Both the position numbers and the translations under genes were made by a program. This document shows, piece after piece, positions 49,318 to 59,157 of a stretch of DNA of 64,000 nucleotides (its first letter is position 1; each line of letters opens with the position of its first letter). This DNA comes from Treponemataceae bacterium (GTDB taxonomy: Bacteria; Spirochaetota; Spirochaetia; Treponematales; Rectinemataceae): contig CAXXVZ010000004.1 in the NCBI GenBank assembly GCA_963678065.2, positions 160,001 through 224,000 of the forward strand, given 5' to 3'. Under the pieces are notes generated by a model, which did not search any database, was not told where the DNA came from, and was given only the letters and a program-made list of their open reading frames with translations.

Positions 49318-51239
49318 AGCAGGGCCGTTCCTATGAGGATGATGACGAAAAGGATTCCGGTTCCGGTTCCGAGTCCCATGATCCGTTTTTCCCCGAAGAA
49401 TTTTTCGAGATAGTATGATCTGATCTCGAGATTTTTCGTTGTGCCTTTCGATCCCTTGAACGAGAGATCTGCGCCCGCGGTCCGTCCCGACATGTATGCC
49501 GTGGACAGGACAGCCCGCCGCTTCGACGAAATGATGAGGAGGAGTCCGGGGACGACGACCGTCATCACTATCATGAGGACTGTGACGGCCGCGTTGTCCC
49601 GTTCGAGGCCGAAGGCGCGACCGTACGCGAAGAGAAGGTACGGCTCGACGACAGCCTTCGATATGAACGGAAAGGACACACAGGCCAGGATGGCGAGGAC
49701 GGCGAGGAAACCTCCGGTCAGGAGCTCTTCGACGGAGATTCTCAACTCGAGGAGCCCGCGTCGTGCGCCGGGATCGGGTATGCGGATCAGGATGCCAAGC
49801 CACTTGGTCCAGAAGAATACCGTCGCCGCGCTGCCATAGGCGAGTATGACGATCATGATCGGGCTCGCGACGGAGTTCATGGTTATGAACGCCTCCATCG
49901 CCGCCCACTTCGACACGAGCATACCGAAGGGCGCGATGAACATGGCCGAAATTCCGATCACCATCAGGAGGGTGACGCGCGGCATCGAGGTGACGAGGCC
50001 ACCCATGTCCTCGATGTCGAGACTGCCGCCGAGTCCGATGGATGCCGTGCCGACCGAAAGGAAGAGGAGGGACTTGGCGACGGCGTGGTAGAGTATGAGG
50101 AAGAAGGCGACCCAGACGAGCTGGTAGGTCCCGAAACCCACGCAGGCGACGATGAGTCCGAGGTTCGAGACTGTGGAAAACGCGAGTATGCGCTTGGCAT
50201 TGCGCTGGGATATGGCCGCGAAGGCTCCCGCGAGGAAGGTTACCGCGCCGATGAAGGCGACGGTGTAGCCCGTGATGCTCCCGGAAATGAGCGGGGCCAG
50301 CCGCAGAAGAAGATAGACGCCCGCCTTGACCATGGTGCTCGAATGAAGGAGGGCAGACACGGGGGTAGGGGCGACCATGGCTCCGAGAAGCCAGGGCGTG
50401 AAGGGCAGCTGGGCCGATTTCACGAGGCCGGCGAAGGCGAGAAGGGCGGCGGGCAGGACGAGCCACTGTGTCAGGGCTCCCCCCTTGAGGCTCATGGACG
50501 CGAGCCTGTCCAGCTCGACGGACCCGCTCCTTTGGGCAAGGACGACGATGGCGATCGCGAAGGCTATCCCCCCCGCGAGATTCATGTTCAGAGCGCGGAA
50601 GGCGCTCGCGTCGGCCTCGGCGTTCTTGCCGTAACCGATGAGGAAAAAAGAGCAGAGTGTGGTGATTTCCCAGAAAAACAGAAGGAGACGGAGATCGTTG
50701 GCGAGGACGAGACCGTACATCGCGCCGATGAAAAGAAAAACAATAAAGAAGAAAAATCGGCGGCGATCGGGCACGTCATGATGCTCTTCCTGATAGGTCT
50801 TCATGTAGCCAGCCGCATAAAGGAGGATGAGGCCGCCGACGATCCCCACGATGAGGATCATGAGAAGACTGATCTGGTCGCAGAGGAAGAGCGCGTAGGG
50901 CTTTATCCCGTCGAAGGCGCCTGCGCCGAAGACCGCGATTGTGCCCTGCGCGATCGCGAAGAGGAGGGTGAGACCCTTTCGCTTGCGCACCGCGATGACT
51001 GCGATCAGGGCGGCCATCCCAAGTTCGCCGGCCAGAAGGGCGTCGTCGAGCCAGAAGGGATCGGCCTGGAAAACGTTGGTAGTGGCCAGGTCGACGGAAA
51101 ACGCAAAGAGAAGAGCGAGCGCTCCCTGAAGCACTGTCGCGAGGAGGACGAAGGGCTTCCGTATCCTGAAATTGCGGAGAAGCAGTATCAGGAGGCCGCA
51201 CAGTGGCGGTATCGAGACAAGGGCAATGATTCGGTTCAT
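49314..51239 (-). CDS. echA: Ech hydrogenase antiporter-like subunit (NuoL-like)
   Basis: 'FWEITTLCSF', 'KSAQLPF..WLLGAMVAPTPVSALLHSSTMVKAG', 'HAVAKSLLF'. Confidence 0.93.
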   Translation of the reverse strand: MNRIIALVSIPPLCGLLILLLRNFRIRKPFVLLATVLQGALALLFAFSVDLATTNVFQADPFWLDDALLAGELGMAALIAVIAVRKRKGLTLLFAIAQGTIAVFGAGAFDGIKPYALFLCDQISLLMILIVGIVGGLILLYAAGYMKTYQEEHHDVPDRRRFFFFIVFLFIGAMYGLVLANDLRLLLFFWEITTLCSFFLIGYGKNAEADASAFRALNMNLAGGIAFAIAIVVLAQRSGSVELDRLASMSLKGGALTQWLVLPAALLAFAGLVKSAQLPFTPWLLGAMVAPTPVSALLHSSTMVKAGVYLLLRLAPLISGSITGYTVAFIGAVTFLAGAFAAISQRNAKRILAFSTVSNLGLIVACVGFGTYQLVWVAFFLILYHAVAKSLLFLSVGTASIGLGGSLDIEDMGGLVTSMPRVTLLMVIGISAMFIAPFGMLVSKWAAMEAFITMNSVASPIMIVILAYGSAATVFFWTKWLGILIRIPDPGARRGLLELRISVEELLTGGFLAVLAILACVSFPFISKAVVEPYLLFAYGRAFGLERDNAAVTVLMIVMTVVVPGLLLIISSKRRAVLSTAYMSGRTAGADLSFKGSKGTTKNLEIRSYYLEKFFGEKRIMGLGTGTGILFVIILIGTALL

Positions 51240-51299
51240 CCGTCTCCCCCCGCGCCATTGCTAAACCAAGACTGTCCTTTAGTCAATAGCCTTCATCTT

Positions 51300-52799
51300 C
51301 TAGGGCGTCGGAGCTCCGGGATTCAAGACCCAGTCGGCTATCAGGCCGAGGGCTTCCGGGGAGAAGGTCTGTGCGATGTCGCCGTATTCTTTCGGCAAAC
51401 CTGTGCCGGCATGCTGGAACAGGTGGTTCAGGCCATCGAGAAGCAGGAATCGGGATCGGGCGCGGGATTCTTCGGGCAGACAGGCGCGGATGGCTGCGAG
51501 ATTCTCTTCGCCCGGCACCTGGAGATCCTTCGATCCGTTCAGGGCGAGTACCGGTACGGTCGTCTTCGCGAGATAGGTCGCGGGGTCGAGGGCCATGAAG
51601 GATCTGAACCAGGGGCTTGTCAGCGTCATGGCGGTCCGGGTCGCATCCTGCTGGGCTTCGGCTTTTTCCGCCGGGCTCAGGCTTGTCATCGCCTGTATGC
51701 CCTCCATGTAGACCGTCCTCACGGACAGGACAAGATCCTGCTCGGGCAGGTTTTGCAGGGCGGCGGCGTAGAGTTTCCGGTTGAGCCCGGCCGTCTCGCG
51801 TATGGCCGTCTCGCTCTGGCCCGAAGCGCGCGCGATCAGGGCTCCCTGGGCTTCCAGAATCCGCGATCCCGGGACGCCAGGCCCGGCGAGGAGGACAAGA
51901 AAGCCGATTCCCGGCATCTGCGAGGCCACTATGGGAGCGATGATGCCACCCTCGCTGTGGCCGAGGATGCCGAGCCTGAGGGTATCGATCTCGGGCCTCT
52001 GGATGAGCCATTCGCAGGCGGAGCGGGCATCGGCGGCGAGATCGAAAGTCGTGGCCGAGGCGAAATCGCCCGTCGAGGCGGCGAATCCTCTGTCGTCGTA
52101 GCGGAGACTCGCGATTCCGCGGCGCGCGAGGTAGTCGGCGATGACGAGGAAGGGCTTGTGGCCGAGTATCTCCTCGTCCCTGTTCTGCGCTCCCGAACCC
52201 GTGACCATGACTACGGCGGGAAAGGGACCGGGGCCGGGAGGGAGGACGAGACTCGCGGCGAGCGTCACCCCCTGAGCCGAGGAGGCAATCCGGGCCTCTT
52301 CGGTCCGATAAGGGAATGGAGGAAGTGGCTCCTGCGGCCGGTCGAGGACAAAGGGCTTCGAGGCTCGGACGAGTGTAAGGGGAAAGCTCGCCCCGGCCTG
52401 ATTCCAGGTTCCCGTCAGCCTGTCTCCGGCCTCGGAGGTAGTCCCCTCAAAGTAGCCCTTGATCGCCGCAATCTCGATGCGCACTCCCCTCCCCCCCTTC
52501 GCATCGAAACTGACCGAAGCGACGGGTATCCCCTTCACACCCTGTTTGGGGCTGTCCATCGTGGATCCGGCAGCGTTCGGCCCGGACGTGATATTGAATA
52601 CCAGAGGAAGACTCATGCCCCCCACGGAAAGCTCGCCCGTCCAGCTCCCCGCCACGGGAGATGGAGCGGATTCAGGCTGGGCTTGAGGCGCTGAAACCGA
52701 AAGAAGAGCCGCAAAGACCGCGACAAACAGTCCCCGGACGGGTCTGACGCCTGCCAGGATCGTGTGCGCGCAACGGCGTATCGATTTTTTCGTATTCAT
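51300..52799 (-). CDS. Exported alpha/beta hydrolase (S9/S15-like)
   Basis: Signal peptide, 'RPQEP..PFPY', 'GSGAQNRDE', 'GHSEGG', 'GSKDLQV', 'NHLFQ'. Confidence 0.85.
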   Translation of the reverse strand: MNTKKSIRRCAHTILAGVRPVRGLFVAVFAALLSVSAPQAQPESAPSPVAGSWTGELSVGGMSLPLVFNITSGPNAAGSTMDSPKQGVKGIPVASVSFDAKGGRGVRIEIAAIKGYFEGTTSEAGDRLTGTWNQAGASFPLTLVRASKPFVLDRPQEPLPPFPYRTEEARIASSAQGVTLAASLVLPPGPGPFPAVVMVTGSGAQNRDEEILGHKPFLVIADYLARRGIASLRYDDRGFAASTGDFASATTFDLAADARSACEWLIQRPEIDTLRLGILGHSEGGIIAPIVASQMPGIGFLVLLAGPGVPGSRILEAQGALIARASGQSETAIRETAGLNRKLYAAALQNLPEQDLVLSVRTVYMEGIQAMTSLSPAEKAEAQQDATRTAMTLTSPWFRSFMALDPATYLAKTTVPVLALNGSKDLQVPGEENLAAIRACLPEESRARSRFLLLDGLNHLFQHAGTGLPKEYGDIAQTFSPEALGLIADWVLNPGAPTP

Positions 52800-52835
52800 T
52801 GTCGATCCTCCCGGATAAGAAAGAATTGCCAGCGT

Positions 52836-54152
52836 TCATTCACGGCGCGGCGTCGCGCCGAGGGCGTGGGAAAGCCGCCTGACGGCCTGCGGCCACTCAG
52901 CCTCCGGTATGCCCATGAAAGAGACACGAAATGAGCGTCTCGTCGCGGGATCGGAGCCGAAACGGCTGCCCTCGGTCCATGCCGGACGGGAACCCCTTGC
53001 CGGATCCGTCTTCTCCCCCGCGCCGCCCGTATCGCGGGTCAACCACACATTATAGCCCGCAGTGCCCCCGGAATTCCGTATGCCGGGGGTGGCCGAGACG
53101 ACGGCATCGAGATTCTTCCGCCGGGATTTCATCACGGCGGTGATCCGCCCGAGATGGAGGTCGAAGATCCCCGAGGACAGCAGCCTCTCAGTGAAGAGCT
53201 GGAGCCACATGGCAGGTCCGGGGTCGGTTTCGCTCCGGATGGCGGCGTAGCGCGAGGCGAGCGCTCCGGGGACAGACATGGCGCAGACGCGGATACCCGG
53301 CGCAGTCGTCTTGGAGAGGGACTTGATCCAGATAGTCCTTTCGGGGGCGAGATCCGCAAAACGGGGAATGCCTGTCGGTTCCAGTTCCGAAAGGTAGTCG
53401 TCCTCGATGATCCAGACATCGTGGAGGCGCGCGAGTTCGGCGATCCTGCGCTTGACCGGGGCGGAGTAACAGAAGCCCGTGGGGTTGTGCACATCGGGCA
53501 TGGTGTAGAAGACTCCCGGACCGCCTCCGCTGCGCTTCTTCCAGAAATGGTCGAATTCTTCCGGATCGACGCCTCCGTCGCGCATGACGAGACCGCCGGC
53601 CGGCCGGAAGAGAGAGAGGGCGGCCGGATAGGTGGGATCCTCGACGAGAAAATCCGTCCTGCCGATCGCCCGGAACAGACGGTTGGCGCTGTCGAGCCCC
53701 TGCTGTCCGCCCGAGGCCACCCAGACCGAATCCCCGTCGAGGGAAAACCGGCGCGCGATGGAGTTGATGAGTCGGGATTCCCCCTTGACAGGAGCGGCCG
53801 AGAAAACCCTGCCGCGCTCTCTTTTCAGCTCCTCCGCGAACAGGACTCCCGCGTCTTCGTAGGGAAAGAAGTCCTCGGAAAGGATCGAAGACCCGAAATC
53901 GGCCGCAGAATCTTCGCGTGCGAGGGGAAAGCGGACAAAGCTGCCCGAGCCGACGATATTGTCGACGAGGCCTGCGCTTTTCAGGAGATCGAAGGCCCTG
54001 ACCGCCGTGAGCTTGTTGCAGTCGTACTGTTCCGCTGTCTCGCGCACCGAAGGCAGGCGTTCGCCCGGACGGAGTTCTCCCTCCTCGATTTGCCTCCGGA
54101 GATCCTCGTATATCCGTTCGTACAGGAATTTCACATACACCTCTTGACTCAT
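52836..54152 (-). CDS. pdxR: MocR/GabR-family regulator, PdxR-like
   Basis: GntR wHTH ('RLPSVRE') plus aminotransferase domain ('HNPTG', 'IEDDY', '[11 protein letters not shown]'); divergent from pdxST. Confidence 0.8.
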   Translation of the reverse strand: MSQEVYVKFLYERIYEDLRRQIEEGELRPGERLPSVRETAEQYDCNKLTAVRAFDLLKSAGLVDNIVGSGSFVRFPLAREDSAADFGSSILSEDFFPYEDAGVLFAEELKRERGRVFSAAPVKGESRLINSIARRFSLDGDSVWVASGGQQGLDSANRLFRAIGRTDFLVEDPTYPAALSLFRPAGGLVMRDGGVDPEEFDHFWKKRSGGGPGVFYTMPDVHNPTGFCYSAPVKRRIAELARLHDVWIIEDDYLSELEPTGIPRFADLAPERTIWIKSLSKTTAPGIRVCAMSVPGALASRYAAIRSETDPGPAMWLQLFTERLLSSGIFDLHLGRITAVMKSRRKNLDAVVSATPGIRNSGGTAGYNVWLTRDTGGAGEKTDPARGSRPAWTEGSRFGSDPATRRSFRVSFMGIPEAEWPQAVRRLSHALGATPRRE

Positions 54153-54155
54153 ACA

Positions 54156-54184
54156 TAGTACACTATTATAAGTGTACTAGTACA
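54156..54184. promoter_or_regulatory. Candidate PdxR operator overlapping the pdxR -10
   Basis: Perfect inverted repeat TAGTACACT-attata-AGTGTACTA, plus a third TAGTACA at 54178. The spacer reads TATAAT on the minus strand. Confidence 0.75.
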
Positions 54185-54259
54185 AATCCGACAGAACATG
54201 GTGTCGCTGCCCAACCACGCAGTATACAGGGTAGCATGCGGAACCGGAAGGAGAAAGAC

Positions 54260-55126
54260 ATGAGATCGAAAATAAACAGGGACTTTGCACAGATGTTCAA
54301 GAATGGCGTCATCATGGATGTCACCAACCCCGACCAGGCCAAGATCGCGGAGGACTCAGGCGCTTGCGCCGTCATGGCCCTCGAGCGCGTACCCGCGGAC
54401 ATCAGGGCGGCGGGAGGGGTGGCGCGGATGAGCGATCCGGGCATGATCAGGCGGATCATGGATGCGGTGAGCATTCCCGTCATGGCCAAAGTGCGGATCG
54501 GCCACATCGCCGAAGCGAAGATACTTCAGGCCCTCTGCGTCGACTTCATCGACGAGAGCGAGGTCCTCACTCCCGCCGACGAGGAATTTCACATCGACAA
54601 GCACGCCTTCGAGGTGCCCTTCGTCTGCGGGGCACGCGATCTCGGTGAGGCCCTCCGGCGCATCGCCGAAGGTGCGGCCATGATCCGCACGAAGGGCGAG
54701 GCCGGCACCGGCAACATCGTGGAAGCCGTCCGCCACCTGCGCGCCGTCTCGAGGGGAATACGCGAACTGGAAGGACTGGACTCCGCGGGGCTCGAGGCGA
54801 AGGCGAGGGAATACAGGGTATCGCCCGAACTGGTGGACAAGGTCAAGAAGCTGGGACGGCTCCCCGTCGTCACCTTCACGGCCGGAGGCGTGGCGACGCC
54901 CGCAGACGCCGCTCTCATGATGATGATGGGCTCGGAAGGCGTATTCGTCGGCTCGGGCATCTTCAAGTCGGAGACACCGGCGAAAATGGCCGAGGCTGTC
55001 GTTCAGGCGGTGATCAATTGGCAGGATCCGGACAAGCTCGCCCAGATAAGCGAAGGGCTCGGCGCAGCGATGGGCGGGAAAGAAATCGCGACCCTGGAGA
55101 CGCGGCTCGCGGCGCGGGGACTCTGA
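54260..55126 (+). CDS. pdxS: PLP synthase lyase subunit
   Basis: 'GVIMDV', '[11 protein letters not shown]', '[10 protein letters not shown]', 'RTKGEAGTG', '[10 protein letters not shown]'. Confidence 0.98.
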   Translation: MRSKINRDFAQMFKNGVIMDVTNPDQAKIAEDSGACAVMALERVPADIRAAGGVARMSDPGMIRRIMDAVSIPVMAKVRIGHIAEAKILQALCVDFIDESEVLTPADEEFHIDKHAFEVPFVCGARDLGEALRRIAEGAAMIRTKGEAGTGNIVEAVRHLRAVSRGIRELEGLDSAGLEAKAREYRVSPELVDKVKKLGRLPVVTFTAGGVATPADAALMMMMGSEGVFVGSGIFKSETPAKMAEAVVQAVINWQDPDKLAQISEGLGAAMGGKEIATLETRLAARGL

Positions 55127-55128
55127 GC

Positions 55129-55734
55129 ATGGATAAGCTGACCGTCGGCATCCTGGCACTGCAGGGCGCGGTCCAGGACCACGAGGCTCCTCTCGCCCGG
55201 CTGGGCGTACGCACGAGGCAGATACGCCGTCCGGAGGAACTCGAGGGCATCGACGCCCTCATCCTTCCCGGCGGCGAGAGCAGCGTCATGGCCCGCTTTC
55301 TGAACCAGTACGGGATTGTCGCCCTCATACGGGAGAAAATCCGGTCGGGCATGCCGGTCTTCGGCATCTGCGCAGGGGCCATCCTGCTCTGCAGGGAAGT
55401 GGACGGAAAGCCGGGGTCCCTCGCGGTCCTGCCCGCCTCGGCGCGGCGCAACGCCTACGGAAGGCAGCTGGCCAGCTTTACCGCCCCCCTCGGGACCCCG
55501 GTCGGAAACTTCGAGGGGATCTTCATCCGCGCGCCCATACTCGAACCTGACCCGGGGACCGAGGTCCTCGCCTGCCACGACGGCAGGGCTGTCCTTCTCC
55601 GTTCGGGCAAGGTTCTGGCCGCGACCTTCCATCCCGAGCTGACAGGAGACGACAGGCTGCACGCCTGGTTCCTCTCTTTTATCGACAGGCCTTTTTCTAC
55701 CGGCGAGCCTTCCTCCGCTCAATCCCCGGCCTGA
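55129..55734 (+). CDS. pdxT: PLP synthase glutaminase subunit
   Basis: 'GILALQG', 'PGGES', 'GICAG', 'RNAYGRQ', 'FIRAP', 'FHPE'. Confidence 0.97.
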   Translation: MDKLTVGILALQGAVQDHEAPLARLGVRTRQIRRPEELEGIDALILPGGESSVMARFLNQYGIVALIREKIRSGMPVFGICAGAILLCREVDGKPGSLAVLPASARRNAYGRQLASFTAPLGTPVGNFEGIFIRAPILEPDPGTEVLACHDGRAVLLRSGKVLAATFHPELTGDDRLHAWFLSFIDRPFSTGEPSSAQSPA

Positions 55735-56990
55735 CCGAACAGGAAGCGCTCCGGGTTTTCCGAGCAGAATCTCGACTTGAGTTCCGCGTCGAGAGGGCTC
55801 GCGTCGAAGATCCGGTAGTAATCCGCGTACGAACGGACCTTCATGAGGTTGACGACGAAATCCGAGCCGAACATGATCCTCGAATCGACCTTTTCCCGGG
55901 CAGTGTCCGGAATCGCGGCCAAAGCCGAGACCAGCCTTCCATAGTATTCAGCTTCGACACCGTTGAACGAAAAATCCGTGTACACATTCGGGTAAAGGCC
56001 GATGAGGCGGACTATTTCGTCGAACCACTCGGTGGGTGTCTGGAGCCGCAGATTGGTGGTGTACTGCCTGCCGAAATGGGCGAAGTTGATCCTGAGCCCG
56101 GGAAAGCGCTCGAGGGCCGGCCTGTAGCGCGAGGGGGCGGTGTACGTGAAGGCCTCTTCCATGGAAACGACGCGGAAACCGTGGTCGTCGCAATGCGTCG
56201 TGATCGGTATGCCTCTCTTCGCGCAGAATCCGAAGAGGGTCTCGACTTTTTCGCGCTCTTCTCCCGGGTCCGGCCAGGGATCGAAGCCGAGTGGAGGATA
56301 GAGTTTGATCCCGGAAAAGAGGCATCGTCCGCCGCCGGTGGCGCCGTGCAGACTGTTTTCGTTCGACGAATAATCCTTCATCGCGGCGAATACGTCGCGC
56401 GCATTCTCTCTTCCCGGCCGCCAGTTCCCCATGTGAGCTTCGAGGAAGAGGGAAAGCGATTCAGGCGAGTGGTTTTTCGTGTTGACGCCGAGGAAGGGAT
56501 ATATCTGCAGCATCCCCTCGGGCCTGGAGCGGCGGTAATCGCGGATGCCGAGCATGATGTCGCGGATCTGGGCGTCGATTGAGGCGGCGGGCGGCCGGTA
56601 GTAATACGCATCGGAGTGCGCCTGGCCCCTGTTGTCGAAATCCATGATGAGGGGGCAGAGCACGACCTCCCTGAAGGCCTTTCCCGCCATCGCGAGTCCG
56701 CCCCCGGACGCGAGAGGAAGAGGGTCACCAGCCTTCGCGTACTGCCCCTTGAGGTCATCTTCCATCAGCTTGAAGATCATGCCGGGGCTGTTCTCCATGA
56801 CGGCGAGCAGGTTGCGCACGCTCTCGCCGCCGTTCCTGAACAGGGCTCCGGCGAGGTAATCGAAGGACCGGATCTGGCTGTAGATGACTTCGGTCCTCCG
56901 CATTCTCAATGTTTCGATGAAGGACAGAAAGTTGGGATGCGAAAGCGTGAGGGCGTGGCAGTGAATGTCGAAAAAGGCCGGGTTTTCCAT
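55719..56990 (-). CDS. Amidohydrolase_2 family metal-dependent hydrolase
   Basis: 'DIHCH', 'GIKLYPPLG', 'THC', 'FAHFG', 'NVYTDFS', 'MFGSDF'. Confidence 0.85.
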   Translation of the reverse strand: MENPAFFDIHCHALTLSHPNFLSFIETLRMRRTEVIYSQIRSFDYLAGALFRNGGESVRNLLAVMENSPGMIFKLMEDDLKGQYAKAGDPLPLASGGGLAMAGKAFREVVLCPLIMDFDNRGQAHSDAYYYRPPAASIDAQIRDIMLGIRDYRRSRPEGMLQIYPFLGVNTKNHSPESLSLFLEAHMGNWRPGRENARDVFAAMKDYSSNENSLHGATGGGRCLFSGIKLYPPLGFDPWPDPGEEREKVETLFGFCAKRGIPITTHCDDHGFRVVSMEEAFTYTAPSRYRPALERFPGLRINFAHFGRQYTTNLRLQTPTEWFDEIVRLIGLYPNVYTDFSFNGVEAEYYGRLVSALAAIPDTAREKVDSRIMFGSDFVVNLMKVRSYADYYRIFDASPLDAELKSRFCSENPERFLFGQAGD

Positions 56991-56991
56991 G

Positions 56992-57945
56992 TCAGGAGAC
57001 CTCCGCCGCCGTCTTCGCCTCTTTCGGCGTTTCCCCTCCGGCTGTGAGCGCGTTGGTGCCCCAAACTCCGATGACGATCATGATGGCCCCTACCAGCTGG
57101 ACGGGTCCGAAGGGTTCGTGCCGGATGAAGACGCCGGCCGCCACGGACACGAGGGTGGTCAGGTTGGTGAACACGGCCGACTGCGAAGCCTTGAGCCGCG
57201 ACAGTGTGAAGTTGATGAGGAAAAAGGCGACGACCGAGGACATTACGCCGAGGTAGAAGAGGGAGGGCAGCGCGGTCATGGCCCGGACGAAGAGGCCCGC
57301 TCTCTCTCCCGGGGCCCCGCCTGTGCGCGCAAGAAAACCGGAGACCAGGTTCATGAACCCGAAAAAGATCGCCCCCGTCCACATCATGGCGAAGGTCGTC
57401 TCGATGGGACGCAAGTCCCTCGATGTCTTGCGCGAGTAGATGTTGAAGAGGGTCGCCGCAGCGACGGCCCCGAGCAGGAGGACGAAGCCGCGGATCGTCC
57501 CGGTCTGCCCCTCCCCGCCGCCGCTCATGACAACGATGAGGGCCACGCCCGCGATGGACAGTCCGAGGCTGAGCTTCTGCCCGAGACTCAGCTTCTCTTT
57601 GAGCATGACCGATCCCAGGATGGCGACCGATGCGGGAATGGCGCCGATGACGATGCCCGCCATGCTGCTCGCGGATTCGCGCACGCCGTAAGTCTCGCAG
57701 AGGAAATAGAGGATGGGCTGAAAGAGGCAGGTCAGGGCGAGATGACCGACGTGGGCGCGGCGATAGTCGAGCCTGACGACTCCGAGCGCCCAGAGGGCTG
57801 TCATGACGAGGGCGGCCACCGAAAACCGCAGGAACATGAGTTCCAGGGGATCGAGCAGGTCGAGGGCACCCTTCGTCATGAGAAAGGAAAAACCGAAAAT
57901 AACAGCGTAGCCGACACCGGCCAGCCAGTTTACGAGTCGCTTCAT
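56992..57945 (-). CDS. DMT/EamA family transporter
   Basis: Two EamA repeats, about 10 TM segments, 'IFGFSF', 'LKEK'. Confidence 0.9.
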   Translation of the reverse strand: MKRLVNWLAGVGYAVIFGFSFLMTKGALDLLDPLELMFLRFSVAALVMTALWALGVVRLDYRRAHVGHLALTCLFQPILYFLCETYGVRESASSMAGIVIGAIPASVAILGSVMLKEKLSLGQKLSLGLSIAGVALIVVMSGGGEGQTGTIRGFVLLLGAVAAATLFNIYSRKTSRDLRPIETTFAMMWTGAIFFGFMNLVSGFLARTGGAPGERAGLFVRAMTALPSLFYLGVMSSVVAFFLINFTLSRLKASQSAVFTNLTTLVSVAAGVFIRHEPFGPVQLVGAIMIVIGVWGTNALTAGGETPKEAKTAAEVS

Positions 57946-57952
57946 GTCGGGC

Positions 57953-59083
57953 TCAGACTAACCGGCCGCCCTCCATCTGCGCAACCGCCGCGTGGAGCTT
58001 TTTGAGCTCGTCGGCGCGGGAGCGCGGGCAGACCAAAGTCGCGTCCTGAGTGTGCACGATCACGAGGTCCTCGCAGCCGAGGCAGGCGACGAGATGACCC
58101 GGCACCGATGAGACGGCCAGGTTGCCCGAGCTCTCGACGAAGGCGGAGAGCCCTCCGATTGTGGAGTTCCCCGTGGCGTCGGCAAAGGCCAGCTCGCCGT
58201 AGGCCGGCCAGGAGCCGATATCCTTCCACTCCATGACGAGGGGAAGGGCTGCGATGGTGACCTCCGGGTCGGCGGAGGCCTTCTCCATCACGCCGTAGTC
58301 GACGCTGATTTTCTTGAGCTGCGGATACGTCGAGGCGAGGAGATCGGACCACACGGGCGTTTCCGAGGCGACGGCGAGCGATCCGATGGATGCCGCGAGT
58401 TCCGGTTCGTAGCGCCCAACGAGCTCGAGGAAGCGCGAGGCCCGCCACACGAACATGCCCGAGTTCCAGAGGTAGCGCGAAGGGCCCGCCTCGAAGAATG
58501 CGCTGGCCATCGGGAGCCCGGGTTTTTCCCTGAAGCGCTCGACGATGCGGGCGTCCAGGTCACCTTCGGCCTCCGCTGTGGCGTGCGCGCCGAGCTGGAG
58601 GTAGCCGAAACCCGTCGCCGGGCGGTCGGGCCTGACGCCGAAGGTGACGAGCCAGCCCGGATTGGCCTCGACGAGGGTGCAGGCCCTGTCGAGGAGAGCG
58701 CGGAATTCGGACTCTGGCCGGATGACATGGTCGGAGGTGAGGACAACGACGACGGCCTCCGGATCTTCGGCGGCGATGAGGGCGCAGGACAGGGCGAGGG
58801 CCGGGAGTGTGTCGCGGCCCTCAGGCTCTCCGATGTACTGGTCGAGCTTTCTGCCTCCGGTGCGGGAGAGAGCGGGCAGGGAAGAGAGGACGAGTTCGCG
58901 GTGACGCTCCGCCCCGCAGACACAGCGGCGGCTCTCGGGGATGAGGCCTTCCAGACGCTTGAAAGCCTCTTCGAGGAGGCTTGTGCCACCCGCGAGAGGG
59001 ATGAGCTGCTTGGGCATGGCATCACGGGAAAGCGGCCAGAGGCGGGTGCCGGAACCGCCGGCCAGAATCAGTGCGTAGCGCAT
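57953..59083 (-). CDS. manC: Mannose-1-phosphate guanylyltransferase (no PMI cupin domain)
   Basis: 'ILAGGSGTRLWPLSR..PKQ', 'EPEGRDT', 'SDH', 'FREKP', 'WNSGMF', 'SVDYGVME', 'WKDIGSW'. Confidence 0.88.
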   Translation of the reverse strand: MRYALILAGGSGTRLWPLSRDAMPKQLIPLAGGTSLLEEAFKRLEGLIPESRRCVCGAERHRELVLSSLPALSRTGGRKLDQYIGEPEGRDTLPALALSCALIAAEDPEAVVVVLTSDHVIRPESEFRALLDRACTLVEANPGWLVTFGVRPDRPATGFGYLQLGAHATAEAEGDLDARIVERFREKPGLPMASAFFEAGPSRYLWNSGMFVWRASRFLELVGRYEPELAASIGSLAVASETPVWSDLLASTYPQLKKISVDYGVMEKASADPEVTIAALPLVMEWKDIGSWPAYGELAFADATGNSTIGGLSAFVESSGNLAVSSVPGHLVACLGCEDLVIVHTQDATLVCPRSRADELKKLHAAVAQMEGGRLV

Positions 59084-59157
59084 GCGACCTCCGAAGGTAT
59101 CGTCGGGACGCAGTCAGAATCGTCCGGACAAGGCTGGTGATTTTTCATACACCGCCT

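Noticed and set aside
46131..51239. Complex I (nuo) fragment or Ni-less Ehr complex
   Set aside because: Both Ni-binding CxxC motifs are intact and the gene order matches Ech.
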